A DNA stretch of 64,000 nt from Tubulanus polymorphus (lineage: Eukaryota; Animalia; Nemertea). Location: the NCBI RefSeq assembly GCF_964204645.1, contig NW_027437441.1:1-64000 (forward strand), read 5' to 3'. The notes below the pieces were generated by a model. The model was not told the DNA's origin, did no database searches, and saw nothing but the letters and a program-made list of their open reading frames with translations. Both the position numbers and the translations under genes were made by a program. Of the stretch, positions 1 through 15,000 are shown in pieces; the stretch's first letter is position 1; the number at the start of each line of letters is the position of its first letter.

Positions 1-3000
1 GTCAGGAAAAGCACTTTTCGACGCGAAAACGTCGCTCAACGCGAGAAAAGACGTTTTCGTGTCGAATATTCCCCCTATCGGAAAAACGACAATGTCGATG
101 CGTAAAAGCGCTCAAATCGTCAGGAAAAGCACTTTTCGACCCGAAAACGTCGTTCAGCGCGAGAAAAGTCGTTTTCCTATCGAATATTCTCACTATCGGT
201 AAAACGACAATGTCGATGCGTAAAAGCGCTCAAATCGTCAGGAAAAGCACTTTTCGACGCGAAAACGTCGTTCAGCGCGAGAAAAGACGTTTTCGTGTCG
301 AATATTCTCCCTATCGGTAAAACGACAATGTCGTTGCGTAAAAGCGCTCAAATCGTCAGGAAAAGCACTTTTCGACGCGAAAACGTAGTTCAGCGCGAGA
401 AAAGACGTTTTCTTATCGAATATTCCCCCTATCGGAAAAACCAATGTCGATGCGTAAAAGCGCTCAAATCGTCAGGAAAAGCACTTTTCGACGCGAAAAC
501 GTCGCTCAACGCGAGAAAAGACGTTTTCGTATCGAATATTCTCACTATCGGTAAAACGACAATGCCGATGCGTAAAAGCGCTCAAATCGTCAGGAAAAGC
601 ACTTTTCGACGCGTAAACGTCGTTCAGCTCGAGAAAAGACGTTTTCGTGTCGAATATTCTCCCTATCGGTAAAACGACAATGTCGATGCGTAAAAGCGCT
701 CAAATCGTCAGGAAAAGCACTTTTCGACGCGAAAACGTAGTTCAGCGCGAGAAAAGACGTTTTCTTATCGAATATTCCCCCTATCGGAAAAACGACAATG
801 TCGATGCGTAAAAGCGCTCAAATCGTCAGGAAAAGCACTTTTCGACGCGAAAACGTCGTTCAGCGCGAGAAAAGACGTTTTCGTGTCGAATATTCCCCCT
901 ATCGGAAAAACAACAATGTCGATGCGTAAAAGCGCTCAAATCGTCAGGAAAAGCACTTTTCGACCCGAAAACGTCGTTCAGCGCGAGAAAAGTCGTTTTC
1001 GTATCGAATATTCTCACTATCGGTAAAACGACAATGTCGATGCGTAAAAGCGCTCAAATCGTCAGGAAAAGCACTTTTCGACGCGAAAACGTCGTTCAGC
1101 GCGAGAAAAGACGTTTTCGTGTCGAATATTCTCCCTATCGGTAAAACGACAATGTCGATGCGTAAAAGCGCTCAAATCGTCAGGAAAAGCACTTTTCGAC
1201 GCGAAAACGTAGTTCAGCGCGAGAAAAGACGTTTTCTTATCGAATATTCCCCCTATCGGAAAAACGACAATGTCGATGCGTAAAAGCGCTCAAATCGTCA
1301 GGAAAAGCACTTTTCGACGCGAAAACGTCGTTCAGCGCGAGAAAAGACGTTTTCGTATCGAATATTCTCACTATCGGTAAAACGACAATGTCGATGCGTA
1401 AAAGCGCTCAAATCGTCTGGAAAAGCACTTTTCGACGCGAAAACGTCATTCAGCGCGAGAAAAGACCTTTTCGTATCGAATATTCTCACTATCGGTAAAA
1501 CGACAATGTCGATGCGTAAAAGCGCTCAAATCGTCAGGAAAAGCACTTTTCGACGCGAAAACGTCGCTCAACGCGAGAAAAGACGTTTTCGTATCGAATA
1601 TTCTCACTATCGGTTAAAACGACAATGTCGATGCGTAAAAGCGCTCAAATCGTCAGGAAAAGCACTTTTCGACGCGTAAACGTCGTTCAGCTCGAGAAAA
1701 GACGTTTTCGTGTCGAATATTCTCCCTATCGGTAAAACGACAATGTCGATGCGTAAAAGCGCTCAAATCGTCAGGAAAAGCACTTTTCGACGCGAAAACG
1801 TAGTTCAGCGCGAGAAAAGACGTTTTCTTATCGAATATTCCCCCTATCGGAAAAACGACAATGTCGATGCGTAAAAGCGCTCAAATCGTCAGGAAAAGCA
1901 CTTTTCGACGCGAAAACGTCGTTCAGCGCGAGAAAAGACGTTTTCGTGTCGAATATTCTCCCTCTCGGTAAAACGACAATGTCGATGCGTAAAAGCGCTC
2001 AAATCGTCAGGAAAAGCACTTTTCGACGCGAAAACGTAGTTCAGCGCGAGAAAAGACGTTTTCTTATCGAATATTCCCCCTATCGGAAAAACGACAATGT
2101 CGATGCGTAAAAGCGCTCAAATCGTCAGGAAAAGCACTTTTCGACGCGGAAAACGTCGTTCAGCGCGAGAAAAGACGTTTTCGTGTCGAATATTCTCCCT
2201 ATCGGTAAAACGACAATGTCGATGCGCAAAAGCGCTCAAATCGTCAGGAAAAGCAGTTTTCGACGCGAAAACGTCGTTCAGCGCGAGAAAAGACGTTTTC
2301 TTATCGAATATTCCCCCTATCGGAAAAACGACAATGTCGATGCGTAAAAGCGCTCAAATCGTCAGGAAAAGCACTTTTCGACGCGAAAACGTCGCTCAAC
2401 GCGAGAAAAGACGTTTTCGTGTCGAATATTCCCCCTATCGGAAAAACAACAATGTCGATGCGTAAAAGCGCTCAAATCGTCAGGAAAAGCACTTTTCGAC
2501 CCGAAAACGTCGTTCAGCGCGAGAAAAGTCGTTTTCGTATCGAATATTCTCACTATCGGTAAAACGACAATGTCGATGCGTAAAAGCGCTCAAATCGTCA
2601 GGAAAAGCACTTTTCGACGCGAAAACGTCGTTCAGCGCGAGAAAAGACGTTTTCGTGTCGAATATTCTCCCTATCGGTAAAACGACAATGTCGATGCGTA
2701 AAAGCGCTCAAATCGTCAGGAAAAGCACTTTTCGACGCGAAAACGTAGTTCAGCGCGAGAAAAGACGTTTTCTTATCGAATATTCCCCCTATCGGAAAAA
2801 CGACAATGTCGATGCGTAAAAGCGCTCAAATCGTCAGGAAAAGCACTTTTCGACGCGAAAACGTCGTTCAGCGCGAGAAAAGACGTTTTCGTATCGAATA
2901 TTCTCACTATCGGTAAAACGACAATGTCGATGCGTAAAAGCGCTCAAATCGTCTGGAAAAGCACTTTTCGACGCGAAAACGTCATTCAGCGCGAGAAAAG

Positions 3001-6000
3001 ACCTTTTCGTATCGAATATTCTCACTATCGGTAAAACGACAATGTCGATGCGTAAAAGCGCTAAAATCGTCAGGAAAAGCACTTTTCGACGCGAAAACGT
3101 CGCTCAACGCGAGAAAAGACGTTTTCGTATCGAATATTCTCACTATCGGTAAAACGACAATGCCGATGCGTAAAAGCGCTCAAATCGTCAGGAAAAGCAC
3201 TTTTCGACGCGTAAACGTCGTTCAGCTCGAGAAAAGACGTTTTCGTGTCGAATATTCTCCCTATCGGTAAAACGACAATGTCGATGCGTAAAAGCGCTCA
3301 AATCGTCAGGAAAAGCACTTTTCGACGCGAAAACGTAGTTCAGCGCGAGAAAAGACGTTTTCTTATCGAATATTCCCCCTATCGGAAAAACGACAATGTC
3401 GATGCGTAAAAGCGCTCAAATCGTCAGGAAAAGCACTTTTCGACGCGAAAACGTCGTTCAGCGCGAGAAAAGACGTTTTCGTGTCGAATATTCTCCCTAT
3501 CGGTAAAACGACAATGTCGATGCGTAAAAGCGCTCAAATCGTCAGGAAAAGCACTTTTCGACGCGAAAACGTAGTTCAGCGCGAGAAAAGACGTTTTCTT
3601 ATCGAATATTCCCCCTATCGGAAAAACGACAATGTCGATGCGTAAAAGCGCTCAAATCGTCAGGAAAAGCACTTTTCGACGCGAAAACGTCGCTCAGCGC
3701 GAGAAAAGACGTTTTCTTTTCGAATATTCCCCCTATCGGAAAAACGACAATGTCGATGCGTAAAAGCGCTCAAATCGTCAGGAAAAGCACTTTTCGACGC
3801 GAAAACGTAGTTCAGCGCGAGAAAAGACGTTTTCTTATCGAATATTCGCCCTATCGGAAAAACGACAATGTCGATGCGTAAAAGCGCTCAAATCGTCAGG
3901 AAAAGCACTTTTCGACGCGAAAACGTCGCTCAACGCGAGAAAAGACGTTTTCGTATCGAATATTCTCACTATCGGTAAAACGACAATGTCGATGCGTAAA
4001 AGCGCTCAAATCGTCAGGAAAAGCAGTTTTCGACGCGAAAACGTCGTTCAGCGCGAGAAAAGACGTTTTCTTATCGAATATTCCCCCTATCGGAAAAACG
4101 ACAATGTCGATGCGTAAAAGCGCTCAAATCGTCAGGAAAAGCACTTTTCGACGCGAAAACGTCGCTCAACGCGAGAAAAGACGTTTTCGTGTCGAATATT
4201 CCCCCTATCGGAAAAACAACAATGTCGATGCGTAAAAGCGCTCAAATCGTCAGGAAAAGCACTTTTCGACCCGAAAACGTCGTTCAGCGCGAGAAAAGTC
4301 GTTTTCGTATCGAATATTCTCACTATCGGTAAAACGACAATGTCGATGCGTAAAAGCGCTCAAATCGTCAGGAAAAGCACTTTTCGACGCGAAAACGTCG
4401 TTCAGCGCGAGAAAAGACGTTTTCGTGTCGAATATTCTCCCTATCGGTAAAACGACAATGTCGATGCGTAAAAGCGCTCAAATCGTCAGGAAAAGCACTT
4501 TTCGACGCGAAAACGTAGTTCAGCGCGAGAAAAGACGTTTTCTTATCGAATATTCCCCCTATCGGAAAAACGACAATGTCGATGCGTAAAAGCGCTCAAA
4601 TCGTCAGGAAAAGCACTTTTCGACGCGAAAACGTCGTTCAGCGCGAGAAAAGACGTTTTCGTATCGAATATTCTCACTATCGGTAAAACGACAATGTCGA
4701 TGCGTAAAAGCGCTCAAATCGTCTGGAAAAGCACTTTTCGACGCGAAAACGTCATTCAGCGCGAGAAAAGACCTTTTCGTATCGAATATTCTCACTATCG
4801 GTAAAACGACAATGTCGATGCGTAAAAGCGCTCAAATCGTCAGGAAAAGCACTTTTCGACGCGAAAACGTCGCTCAACGCGAGAAAAGACGTTTTCGTAT
4901 CGAATATTCTCACTATCGGTAAAACGACAATGCCGATGCGTAAAAGCGCTCAAATCGTCAGGAAAAGCACTTTTCGACGCGTAAACGTCGTTCAGCTCGA
5001 GAAAAGACGTTTTCGTGTCGAATATTCTCCCTATCGGTAAAACGACAATGTCGATGCGTAAAAGCGCTCAAATCGTCAGGAAAAGCACTTTTCGACGCGA
5101 AAACGTAGTTCAGCGCGAGAAAAGACGTTTTCTTATCGAATATTCCCCCTATCGGAAAAACGACAATGTCGATGCGTAAAAGCGCTCAAATCGTCAGGAA
5201 AAGCACTTTTCGACGCGAAAACGTCGTTCAGCGCGAGAAAAGACGTTTTCGTGTCGAATATTCTCCCTATCGGTAAAACGACAATGTCGATACGTAAAAG
5301 CGCTCAAATCGTCAGGAAAAGCACTTTTCGACGCGAAAACGTAGTTCAGCGCGAGAAAAGACGTTTTCTTATCGAATATTCCCCCTATCGGAAAAACGAC
5401 AATGTCGATGCGTAAAAGCGCTCAAATCGTCAGGAAAAGCACTTTTCGACGCGAAAACGTCGCTCAGCGCGAGAAAAGACGTTTTCTTTTCGAATATTCC
5501 CCCTATCGGAAAAACGACAATGTCGATGCGTAAAAGCGCTCAAATCGTCAGGAAAAGCACTTTTCGACGCGAAAACGTAGTTCAGCGCGAGAAAAGACGT
5601 TTTCTTATCGAATATTCGCCCTATCGGAAAAACGACAATGTCGATGCGTAAAAGCGCTCAAATCGTCAGGAAAAGCACTTTTCGACGCGAAAACGTCGTT
5701 CAGCGCGAGAAAAGACCTTTTCGTATCGAATATTCCCCCTATCGGAAAAAAAACACAATGTCGATGCGTAAAAGCGCTCAAATCATAAGGAAAAGCACTT
5801 TTCGACGCGAAAACGTCGTTCAGCGCGAGAAAAGACGTTTTCGTGTCGAATATTCCCCCTATCGGTAAAACGACAATGTCGATGCGTAAAAGCGCTCAAA
5901 TCGTCAGGAAAAGCAGTTTTCGACGCGAAAACGTCGTTCAGCGCGAGAAAAGACGTTTTCTTATCGAATATTCCCCCTATCGGAAAAACGACAATGTCGA

Positions 6001-9000
6001 TGCGTAAAAGCGCTCAAATCGTCAGGAAAAGCACTTTTCGACGCGAAAACGTCGCTCAACGCGAGAAAAGACGTTTTCGTGTCGAATATTCCCCCTATCG
6101 GAAAAACGACAATGTCGATGCGTAAAAGCGCTCAAATCGTCAGGAAAAGCACTTTTCGACCCGAAAACGTCGTTCAGCGCGAGAAAAGTCGTTTTCCTAT
6201 CGAATATTCTCACTATCGGTAAAACGACAATGTCGATGCGTAAAAGCGCTCAAATCGTCAGGAAAAGCACTTTTCGACGCGAAAACGTCGTTCAGCGCGA
6301 GAAAAGACGTTTTCGTGTCGAATATTCTCCCTATCGGTAAAACGACAATGTCGTTGCGTAAAAGCGCTCAAATCGTCAGGAAAAGCACTTTTCGACGCGA
6401 AAACGTAGTTCAGCGCGAGAAAAGACGTTTTCTTATCGAATATTCCCCCTATCGGAAAAACGACAATGTCGATGCGTAAAAGCGCTCAAATCGTCAGGAA
6501 AAGCACTTTTCGACGCGAAAACGTCGCTCAACGCGAGAAAAGACGTTTTCGTATCGAATATTCTCACTATCGGTAAAACGACAATGCCGATGCGTAAAAG
6601 CGCTCAAATCGTCAGGAAAAGCACTTTTCGACGCGAAAACGTAGTTCAGCGCGAGAAAAGACGTTTTCTTATCAAATATTCCCCCTATCGGAAAAACGAC
6701 AATGCCGATGCGTAAAAGCGCTCAAATCGTCAGGAAAAGCACTTTTCGACGCGAAAACGTCGTTCGGCGCGAGAAAAGACGTTTTCGTATCGAATATTCC
6801 CCCTATCGGAAAAACGACAATGCCGATGCGTAAAAGCGCTCAAATCGTCAGGAAAAGCACTTTTCGACGCGAAAACGTCGCTCAGCGCGAGAAAAGACGT
6901 TTTCGTGTCGAATATTCTCCCTATCGGTAAAACGACAATGTCGATGCGTAAAAGCGCTCAAATCGTCAGGAAAAGCACTTTTCGACGCGAAAACGTAGTT
7001 CAGCGCGAGAAAAGACGTTTTCTTATCAAATATTCCCCCTATCGGAAAAACGACAATGCCGATGCGTAAAAGCGCTCAAATCGTCAGGAAAAGCACTTTT
7101 CGACGCGAAAACGTCGCTCTGCGCGAGAAAAGACGTTTTCTTTTCGAATATTCCCCCTATCGGAAAAACGACAATGCCGATGCGTAAAAGCGCTCAAATC
7201 GTCAGGAAAAGCACTTTTCGACGCGAAAACGTCGTTCAGCGCGAGAAAAGACGTTTTCGTGTCGAATATTCTCCCTATCGGTAAAACGACAATGTCGATG
7301 CGTAAAAGCGCTCAAATCGTCAGTAAAAGCACTTTTCGACGCGAAAACGTCGCTCAGCGCGAGAAAAGACGTTTTCTTTTCGAATATTCCCCCTATCGGA
7401 AAAACGACAATGCCGATGCGTAAAAGCGCTCAAATCGTCAGGAAAAGCACTTTTCGACGCGAAAACGTCGTTCAGCGCGAGAAAAGACGTTTTCTTATCA
7501 AATATTCCCCCTATCGGAAAACGACAATGTCGATGCGTAAAAGCGCTCAAATCGTCAGGAAAAGCACTTTTCGACGCGAAAACGTCGTTCAGCGCGAGAA
7601 AAGACGTTTTCTTATCAAATATTCCCCCTATCGGAAAAACGACAATGCCGATGCGTAAAAGCGCTCAAATCGTCAGGAAAAGCACTTTTCGACGCGAAAA
7701 CGTCGCTCTGCGCGAGAAAAGACGTTTTCTTTTCGAATATTCCCCCTATCGGAAAAACGACAATGCCGATGCGTAAAAGCGCTCAAATCGTCAGGAAAAG
7801 CACTTTTCGACGCGAAAACGTCGTTCAGCGCGAGAAAAGACGTTTTCGTGTCGAATATTCTCCCTATCGGTAAAACGACAATGTCGATGCGTAAAAGCGC
7901 TCAAATCGTCAGTAAAAGCACTTTTCGACGCGAAAACGTCGCTCAGCGCGAGAAAAGACGTTTTCTTTTCGAATATTCCCCCTATCGGAAAAACGACAAT
8001 GCCGATGCGTAAAAGCGCTCAAATCGTCAGGAAAAGCACTTTTCGACGCGAAAACGTCGCTCAGCGCGAGAAAAGTCGTTTTCTTTTCGAATATTCCCCC
8101 TATCGGAAAAACGACAATGTCGATGCGTAAAAGCGCTCAAATCGTCAGGAAAAGCACTTTTCGACGCGAAAACGTCGTTCAGCGCGAGAAAAGACCTTTT
8201 CTTATCGAATATTCCCCCTATCGGAAAAACGACAATGTCGATGCGTAAAAGCGCTCAAATCGTCAGGAAAAGCACTTTTCGACGCGAAAACGTCGCTCAG
8301 CGCGAGAAAAGACGTTTTCGTATCGAATATTCGCCCTATCGTAAAAACGACAATGCCGATGCGTAAAAGCGCTCAAATCGTCAGGAAAAGCACTTTTCGA
8401 CGCGAAAACGTCGCTCAGCGCGAGAAAAGACGTTTTCTTTTCGAATATTCCCCCTATCGGAAAAACGACAATGCCGATGCGTAAAAGCGCTCAAATCGTC
8501 AGGAAAAGCACTTTTCGACGCGAAAACGTCGCTCAGCGCGAGAAAAGACGTTTTCTTTTCGAATATTCCCCCTATCGGAAAAACGACAATGCCGATGCGT
8601 AAAAGCGCTCAAATCGTCAGGAAAAGCACTTTTCGACGCGAAAACGTCGTTCAGCGCGAGAAAAGACGTTTTCGTATCGAATATTCTCACTATCGGTAAA
8701 ACGACAATGTCGATGCGTAAAAGCGCTCAAATCGTCAGGAAAAGCACTTTTCGACGCGAAAACGTCGTTCGGCGCGAGAAAAGACGTTTTCGTATCGAAT
8801 ATTCTCACTATCGGTAAAACGACAATGTCGATGCGTAAAAGCGCTCAAATCGTCAGGAAAAGCACTTTTCGACGCGAAAACGTCGCTCTGCGCGAGAAAA
8901 GACGTTTTCTTTTCGAATATTCCCCCTATCGGAAAAACGACAATGCCGATGCGTAAAAGCGCTCAAATCGTCAGGAAAAGCACTTTTCGACGCGAAAACG

Positions 9001-12000
9001 TCGCTCTGCGCGAGAAAAGACGTTTTCTTTTCGAATATTCCCCCTATCGGAAAAACGACAATGCCGATGCGTAAAAGCGCTCAAATCGTCAGGAAAAGCA
9101 CTTTTCGACGCGAAAACGTCGTTCAGCGCGAGAAAAGACGTTTTCGTGTCGAATATTCTCCCTATCGGTAAAACGACAATGTCGATGCGTAAAAGCGCTC
9201 AAATCGTCAGGAAAAGCACTTTTCGACGCGAAAACGTAGTTCAGCGCGAGAAAAGACGTTTTCTTATCGAATATTCCCCCTATCGGAAAAACGACAATGT
9301 CGATGCGTAAAAGCGCTCAAATCGTCAGGAAAAGCACTTTTCGACGCGAAAACGTCGTTCAGCGCGAGAAAAGACGTTTTCGTGTCGAATATTCCCCCTA
9401 TCGGAAAAACAACAATGTCGATGCGTAAAAGCGCTCAAATCGTCAGGAAAAGCACTTTTCGACCCGAAAACGTCGTTCAGCGCGAGAAAAGTCGTTTTCG
9501 TATCGAATATTCTCACTATCGGTAAAACGACAATGTCGATGCGTAAAAGCGCTCAAATCGTCAGGAAAAGCACTTTTCGACGCGAAAACGTCGTTCAGCG
9601 CGAGAAAAGACGTTTTCGTGTCGAATATTCTCCCTATCGGTAAAACGACAATGTCGATGCGTAAAAGCGCTCAAATCGTCAGGAAAAGCACTTTTCGACG
9701 CGAAAACGTAGTTCAGCGCGAGAAAAGACGTTTTCTTATCGAATATTCCCCCTATCGGAAAAACGACAATGTCGATGCGTAAAAGCGCTCAAATCGTCAG
9801 GAAAAGCACTTTTCGACGCGAAAACGTCGTTCAGCGCGAGAAAAGACGTTTTCGTATCGAATATTCTCACTATCGGTAAAACGACAATGTCGATGCGTAA
9901 AAGCGCTCAAATCGTCTGGAAAAGCACTTTTCGACGCGAAAACGTCATTCAGCGCGAGAAAAGACCTTTTCGTATCGAATATTCTCACTATCGGTAAAAC
10001 GACAATGTCGATGCGTAAAAGCGCTCAAATCGTCAGGAAAAGCACTTTTCGACGCGAAAACGTCGCTCAACGCGAGAAAAGACGTTTTCGTATCGAATAT
10101 TCTCACTATCGGTAAAACGACAATGTCGATGCGTAAAAGCGCTCAAATCGTCAGGAAAAGCACTTTTCGACGCGTAAACGTCGTTCAGCTCGAGAAAAGA
10201 CGTTTTCGTGTCGAATATTCTCCCTATCGGTAAAACGACAATGTCGATGCGTAAAAGCGCTCAAATCGTCAGGAAAAGCACTTTTCGACGCGAAAACGTA
10301 GTTCAGCGCGAGAAAAGACGTTTTCTTATCGAATATTCCCCCTATCGGAAAAACGACAATGTCGATGCGTAAAAGCGCTCAAATCGTCAGGAAAAGCACT
10401 TTTCGACGCGAAAACGTCGTTCAGCGCGAGAAAAGACGTTTTCGTGTCGAATATTCTCCCTCTCGGTAAAACGACAATGTCGATGCGTAAAAGCGCTCAA
10501 ATCGTCAGGAAAAGCACTTTTCGACGCGAAAACGTAGTTCAGCGCGAGAAAAGACGTTTTCTTATCGAATATTCCCCCTATCGGAAAAACGACAATGTCG
10601 ATGCGTAAAAGCGCTCAAATCGTCAGGAAAAGCACTTTTCGACGCGAAAACGTCGTTCAGCGCGAGAAAAGACGTTTTCGTGTCGAATATTCTCCCTATC
10701 GGTAAAACGACAATGTCGATGCGCAAAAGCGCTCAAATCGTCAGGAAAAGCAGTTTTCGACGCGAAAACGTCGTTCAGCGCGAGAAAAGACGTTTTCTTA
10801 TCGAATATTCCCCCTATCGGAAAAACGACAATGTCGATGCGTAAAAGCGCTCAAATCGTCAGGAAAAGCACTTTTCGACGCGAAAACGTCGCTCAACGCG
10901 AGAAAAGACGTTTTCGTGTCGAATATTCCCCCTATCGGAAAAACAACAATGTCGATGCGTAAAAGCGCTCAAATCGTCAGGAAAAGCACTTTTCGACCCG
11001 AAAACGTCGTTCAGCGCGAGAAAAGTCGTTTTCGTATCGAATATTCTCACTATCGGTAAAACGACAATGTCGATGCGTAAAAGCGCTCAAATCGTCAGGA
11101 AAAGCACTTTTCGACGCGAAAACGTCGTTCAGCGCGAGAAAAGACGTTTTCGTGTCGAATATTCTCCCTATCGGTAAAACGACAATGTCGATGCGTAAAA
11201 GCGCTCAAATCGTCAGGAAAAGCACTTTTCGACGCGAAAACGTAGTTCAGCGCGAGAAAAGACGTTTTCTTATCGAATATTCCCCCTATCGGAAAAACGA
11301 CAATGTCGATGCGTAAAAGCGCTCAAATCGTCAGGAAAAGCACTTTTCGACGCGAAAACGTCGTTCAGCGCGAGAAAAGACGTTTTCGTATCGAATATTC
11401 TCACTATCGGTAAAACGACAATGTCGATGCGTAAAAGCGCTCAAATCGTCTGGAAAAGCACTTTTCGACGCGAAAACGTCATTCAGCGCGAGAAAAGACC
11501 TTTTCGTATCGAATATTCTCACTATCGGTAAAACGACAATGTCGATGCGTAAAAGCGCTAAAATCGTCAGGAAAAGCACTTTTCGACGCGAAAACGTCGC
11601 TCAACGCGAGAAAAGACGTTTTCGTATCGAATATTCTCACTATCGGTAAAACGACAATGCCGATGCGTAAAAGCGCTCAAATCGTCAGGAAAAGCACTTT
11701 TCGACGCGTAAACGTCGTTCAGCTCGAGAAAAGACGTTTTCGTGTCGAATATTCTCCCTATCGGTAAAACGACAATGTCGATGCGTAAAAGCGCTCAAAT
11801 CGTCAGGAAAAGCACTTTTCGACGCGAAAACGTAGTTCAGCGCGAGAAAAGACGTTTTCTTATCGAATATTCCCCCTATCGGAAAAACGACAATGTCGAT
11901 GCGTAAAAGCGCTCAAATCGTCAGGAAAAGCACTTTTCGACGCGAAAACGTCGTTCAGCGCGAGAAAAGACGTTTTCGTGTCGAATATTCTCCCTATCGG

Positions 12001-15000
12001 TAAAACGACAATGTCGATGCGTAAAAGCGCTCAAATCGTCAGGAAAAGCACTTTTCGACGCGAAAACGTAGTTCAGCGCGAGAAAAGACGTTTTCTTATC
12101 GAATATTCCCCCTATCGGAAAAACGACAATGTCGATGCGTAAAAGCGCTCAAATCGTCAGGAAAAGCACTTTTCGACGCGAAAACGTCGCTCAGCGCGAG
12201 AAAAGACGTTTTCTTTTCGAATATTCCCCCTATCGGAAAAACGACAATGTCGATGCGTAAAAGCGCTCAAATCGTCAGGAAAAGCACTTTTCGACGCGAA
12301 AACGTAGTTCAGCGCGAGAAAAGACGTTTTCTTATCGAATATTCGCCCTATCGGAAAAACGACAATGTCGATGCGTAAAAGCGCTCAAATCGTCAGGAAA
12401 AGCACTTTTCGACGCGAAAACGTCGCTCAACGCGAGAAAAGACGTTTTCGTATCGAATATTCTCACTATCGGTAAAACGACAATGTCGATGCGTAAAAGC
12501 GCTCAAATCGTCAGGAAAAGCAGTTTTCGACGCGAAAACGTCGTTCAGCGCGAGAAAAGACGTTTTCTTATCGAATATTCCCCCTATCGGAAAAACGACA
12601 ATGTCGATGCGTAAAAGCGCTCAAATCGTCAGGAAAAGCACTTTTCGACGCGAAAACGTCGCTCAACGCGAGAAAAGACGTTTTCGTGTCGAATATTCCC
12701 CCTATCGGAAAAACAACAATGTCGATGCGTAAAAGCGCTCAAATCGTCAGGAAAAGCACTTTTCGACCCGAAAACGTCGTTCAGCGCGAGAAAAGTCGTT
12801 TTCGTATCGAATATTCTCACTATCGGTAAAACGACAATGTCGATGCGTAAAAGCGCTCAAATCGTCAGGAAAAGCACTTTTCGACGCGAAAACGTCGCTC
12901 AACGCGAGAAAAGACGTTTTCGTGTCGAATATTCTCCCTATCGGTAAAACGACAATGTCGATGCGTAAAAGCGCTCAAATCGTCAGGAAAAGCACTTTTC
13001 GACGCGAAAACGTAGTTCAGCGCGAGAATAGACGTTTTCTTATCGAATATTCCCCCTATCGGAAAAACGACAATGTCGATGCGTAAAAGCGCTCAAATCG
13101 TCAGGAAAAGCACTTTTCAACGCGAAAACGTCGTTCAGCGCGAGAAAAGACGTTTTCGTATCGAATATTCTCACTATCGGTAAAACGACAATGTCGATGC
13201 GTAAAAGCGCTCAAATCGTCTGGAAAAGCACTTTTCGACGCGAAAACGTCATTCAGCGCGAGAAAAGACCTTTTCGTATCGAATATTCTCACTATCGGTA
13301 AAACGACAATGTCGATGCGTAAAAGCGCTCAAATCGTCAGGAAAAGCACTTTTCGACGCGAAAACGTCGCTCAACGCGAGAAAAGACGTTTTCGTATCGA
13401 ATATTCTCACTATCGGTAAAACGACAATGCCGATGCGTAAAAGCGCTCAAATCGTCAGGAAAAGCACTTTTCGACGCGTAAACGTCGTTCAGCTCGAGAA
13501 AAGACGTTTTCGTGTCGAATATTCTCCCTATCGGTAAAACGACAATGTCGATGCGTAAAAGCGCTCAAATCGTCAGGAAAAGCACTTTTCGACGCGAAAA
13601 CGTAGTTCAGCGCGAGAAAAGACGTTTTCTTATCGAATATTCCCCCTATCGGAAAAACGACAATGTCGATGCGTAAAAGCGCTCAAATCGTCAGGAAAAG
13701 CACTTTTCGACCCGAAAACGTCGTTCAGCGCGAGAAAAGTCGTTTTCGTATCGAATATTCTCACTATCGGTAAAACGACAATGTCGATGCGTAAAAGCGC
13801 TCAAATCGTCAGGAAAAGCACTTTTCGACGCGAAATCGTCGTTCAGCGCGAGAAAAGACGTTTTCGTGTCGAATATTCTCCCTATCGGTAAAACGACAAT
13901 GTCGATGCGTAAAAGCGCTCAAATCGTCAGGAAAAGCACTTTTCGACGCGAAAACGTCGCTCAGCGCGAGAAAAGACGTTTTCTTTTCGAATATTCCCCC
14001 TATCGGAAAAACGACAATGTCGATGCGTAAAAGCGCTCAAATCGTCAGGAAAAGCACTTTTCGACGCGAAAACGTCGCTCAGCGCGAGAAAAGACGTTTT
14101 CTTATCGAATATTCGCCCTATCGGAAAAACGACAATGTCGATGCGTAAAAGCGCTCAAATCGTCAGGAAAAGCACTTTTCGACGCGAAAACGTCGTTCAG
14201 CGCGAGAAAAGACCTTTTCGTATCGAATATTCCCCCTATCGGAAAAAAAACAACAATGTCGATGCGTAAAAGCGCTCAAATCATAAGGAAAAGCACTTTT
14301 CGACGCGAAAACGTCGCTCAGCGCGAGAAAAGACGTTTTCGTATCGAATATTCCCCCTATCGGAAAAACGACAATGTCGATGCGTAAAAGCGCTCAAATC
14401 GTCAGGAAAAGCACTTTTCGACGCGAAAACGTCGTTCAGCGCGAGAAAAGACGTTTTCGTGTCGAATATTCTCCCTATCGGTAAAACGACAATGTCGATG
14501 CGTAAAAGCGCTCAAATCGTCAGGAAAAGCACTTTTCGACGCGAAAACGTAGTTCAGCGCGAGAAAAGACGTTTTCTTATCGAATATTCCCCCTATCGGA
14601 AAAACGACAGTGTCGATGCGTAAAAGCGCTCAAATCGTCAGGAAAAGCACTTTTCGAAGCGAAAACGTCGTTCAGCGCGAGAAAAGACGTTTTCGTATCG
14701 AATTTTCTCACTATCGGTAAAACGACAATGTCGAAGCGTAAAAGCGCTCAAATCGTCAGGAAAAGCACTTTTCGACGCGAAAACGTAGTTCAGCGCGAGA
14801 AAAGACGTTTTCTTTTCGAATATTCCCCCTATCGGAAAAACGACAATGCCGATGCGTAAAAGCGCTCAAATCGTCAGGAAAAGCACTTTTCGACGCGAAA
14901 ACGTCGCTCAGCGCGAGAAAAGACGTTTTCTTTTCGAATATTCCCCCTATCGGAAAAACGACAATGCCGATGCGTAAAAGCGCTCAAATCGTCAGGAAAA

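Noticed and set aside
15-35. CENP-B box-like TTCG...A..CG in the monomer
   Set aside because: Spacing and the terminal CGGG do not match TTCGNNNNANNCGGG on either strand.
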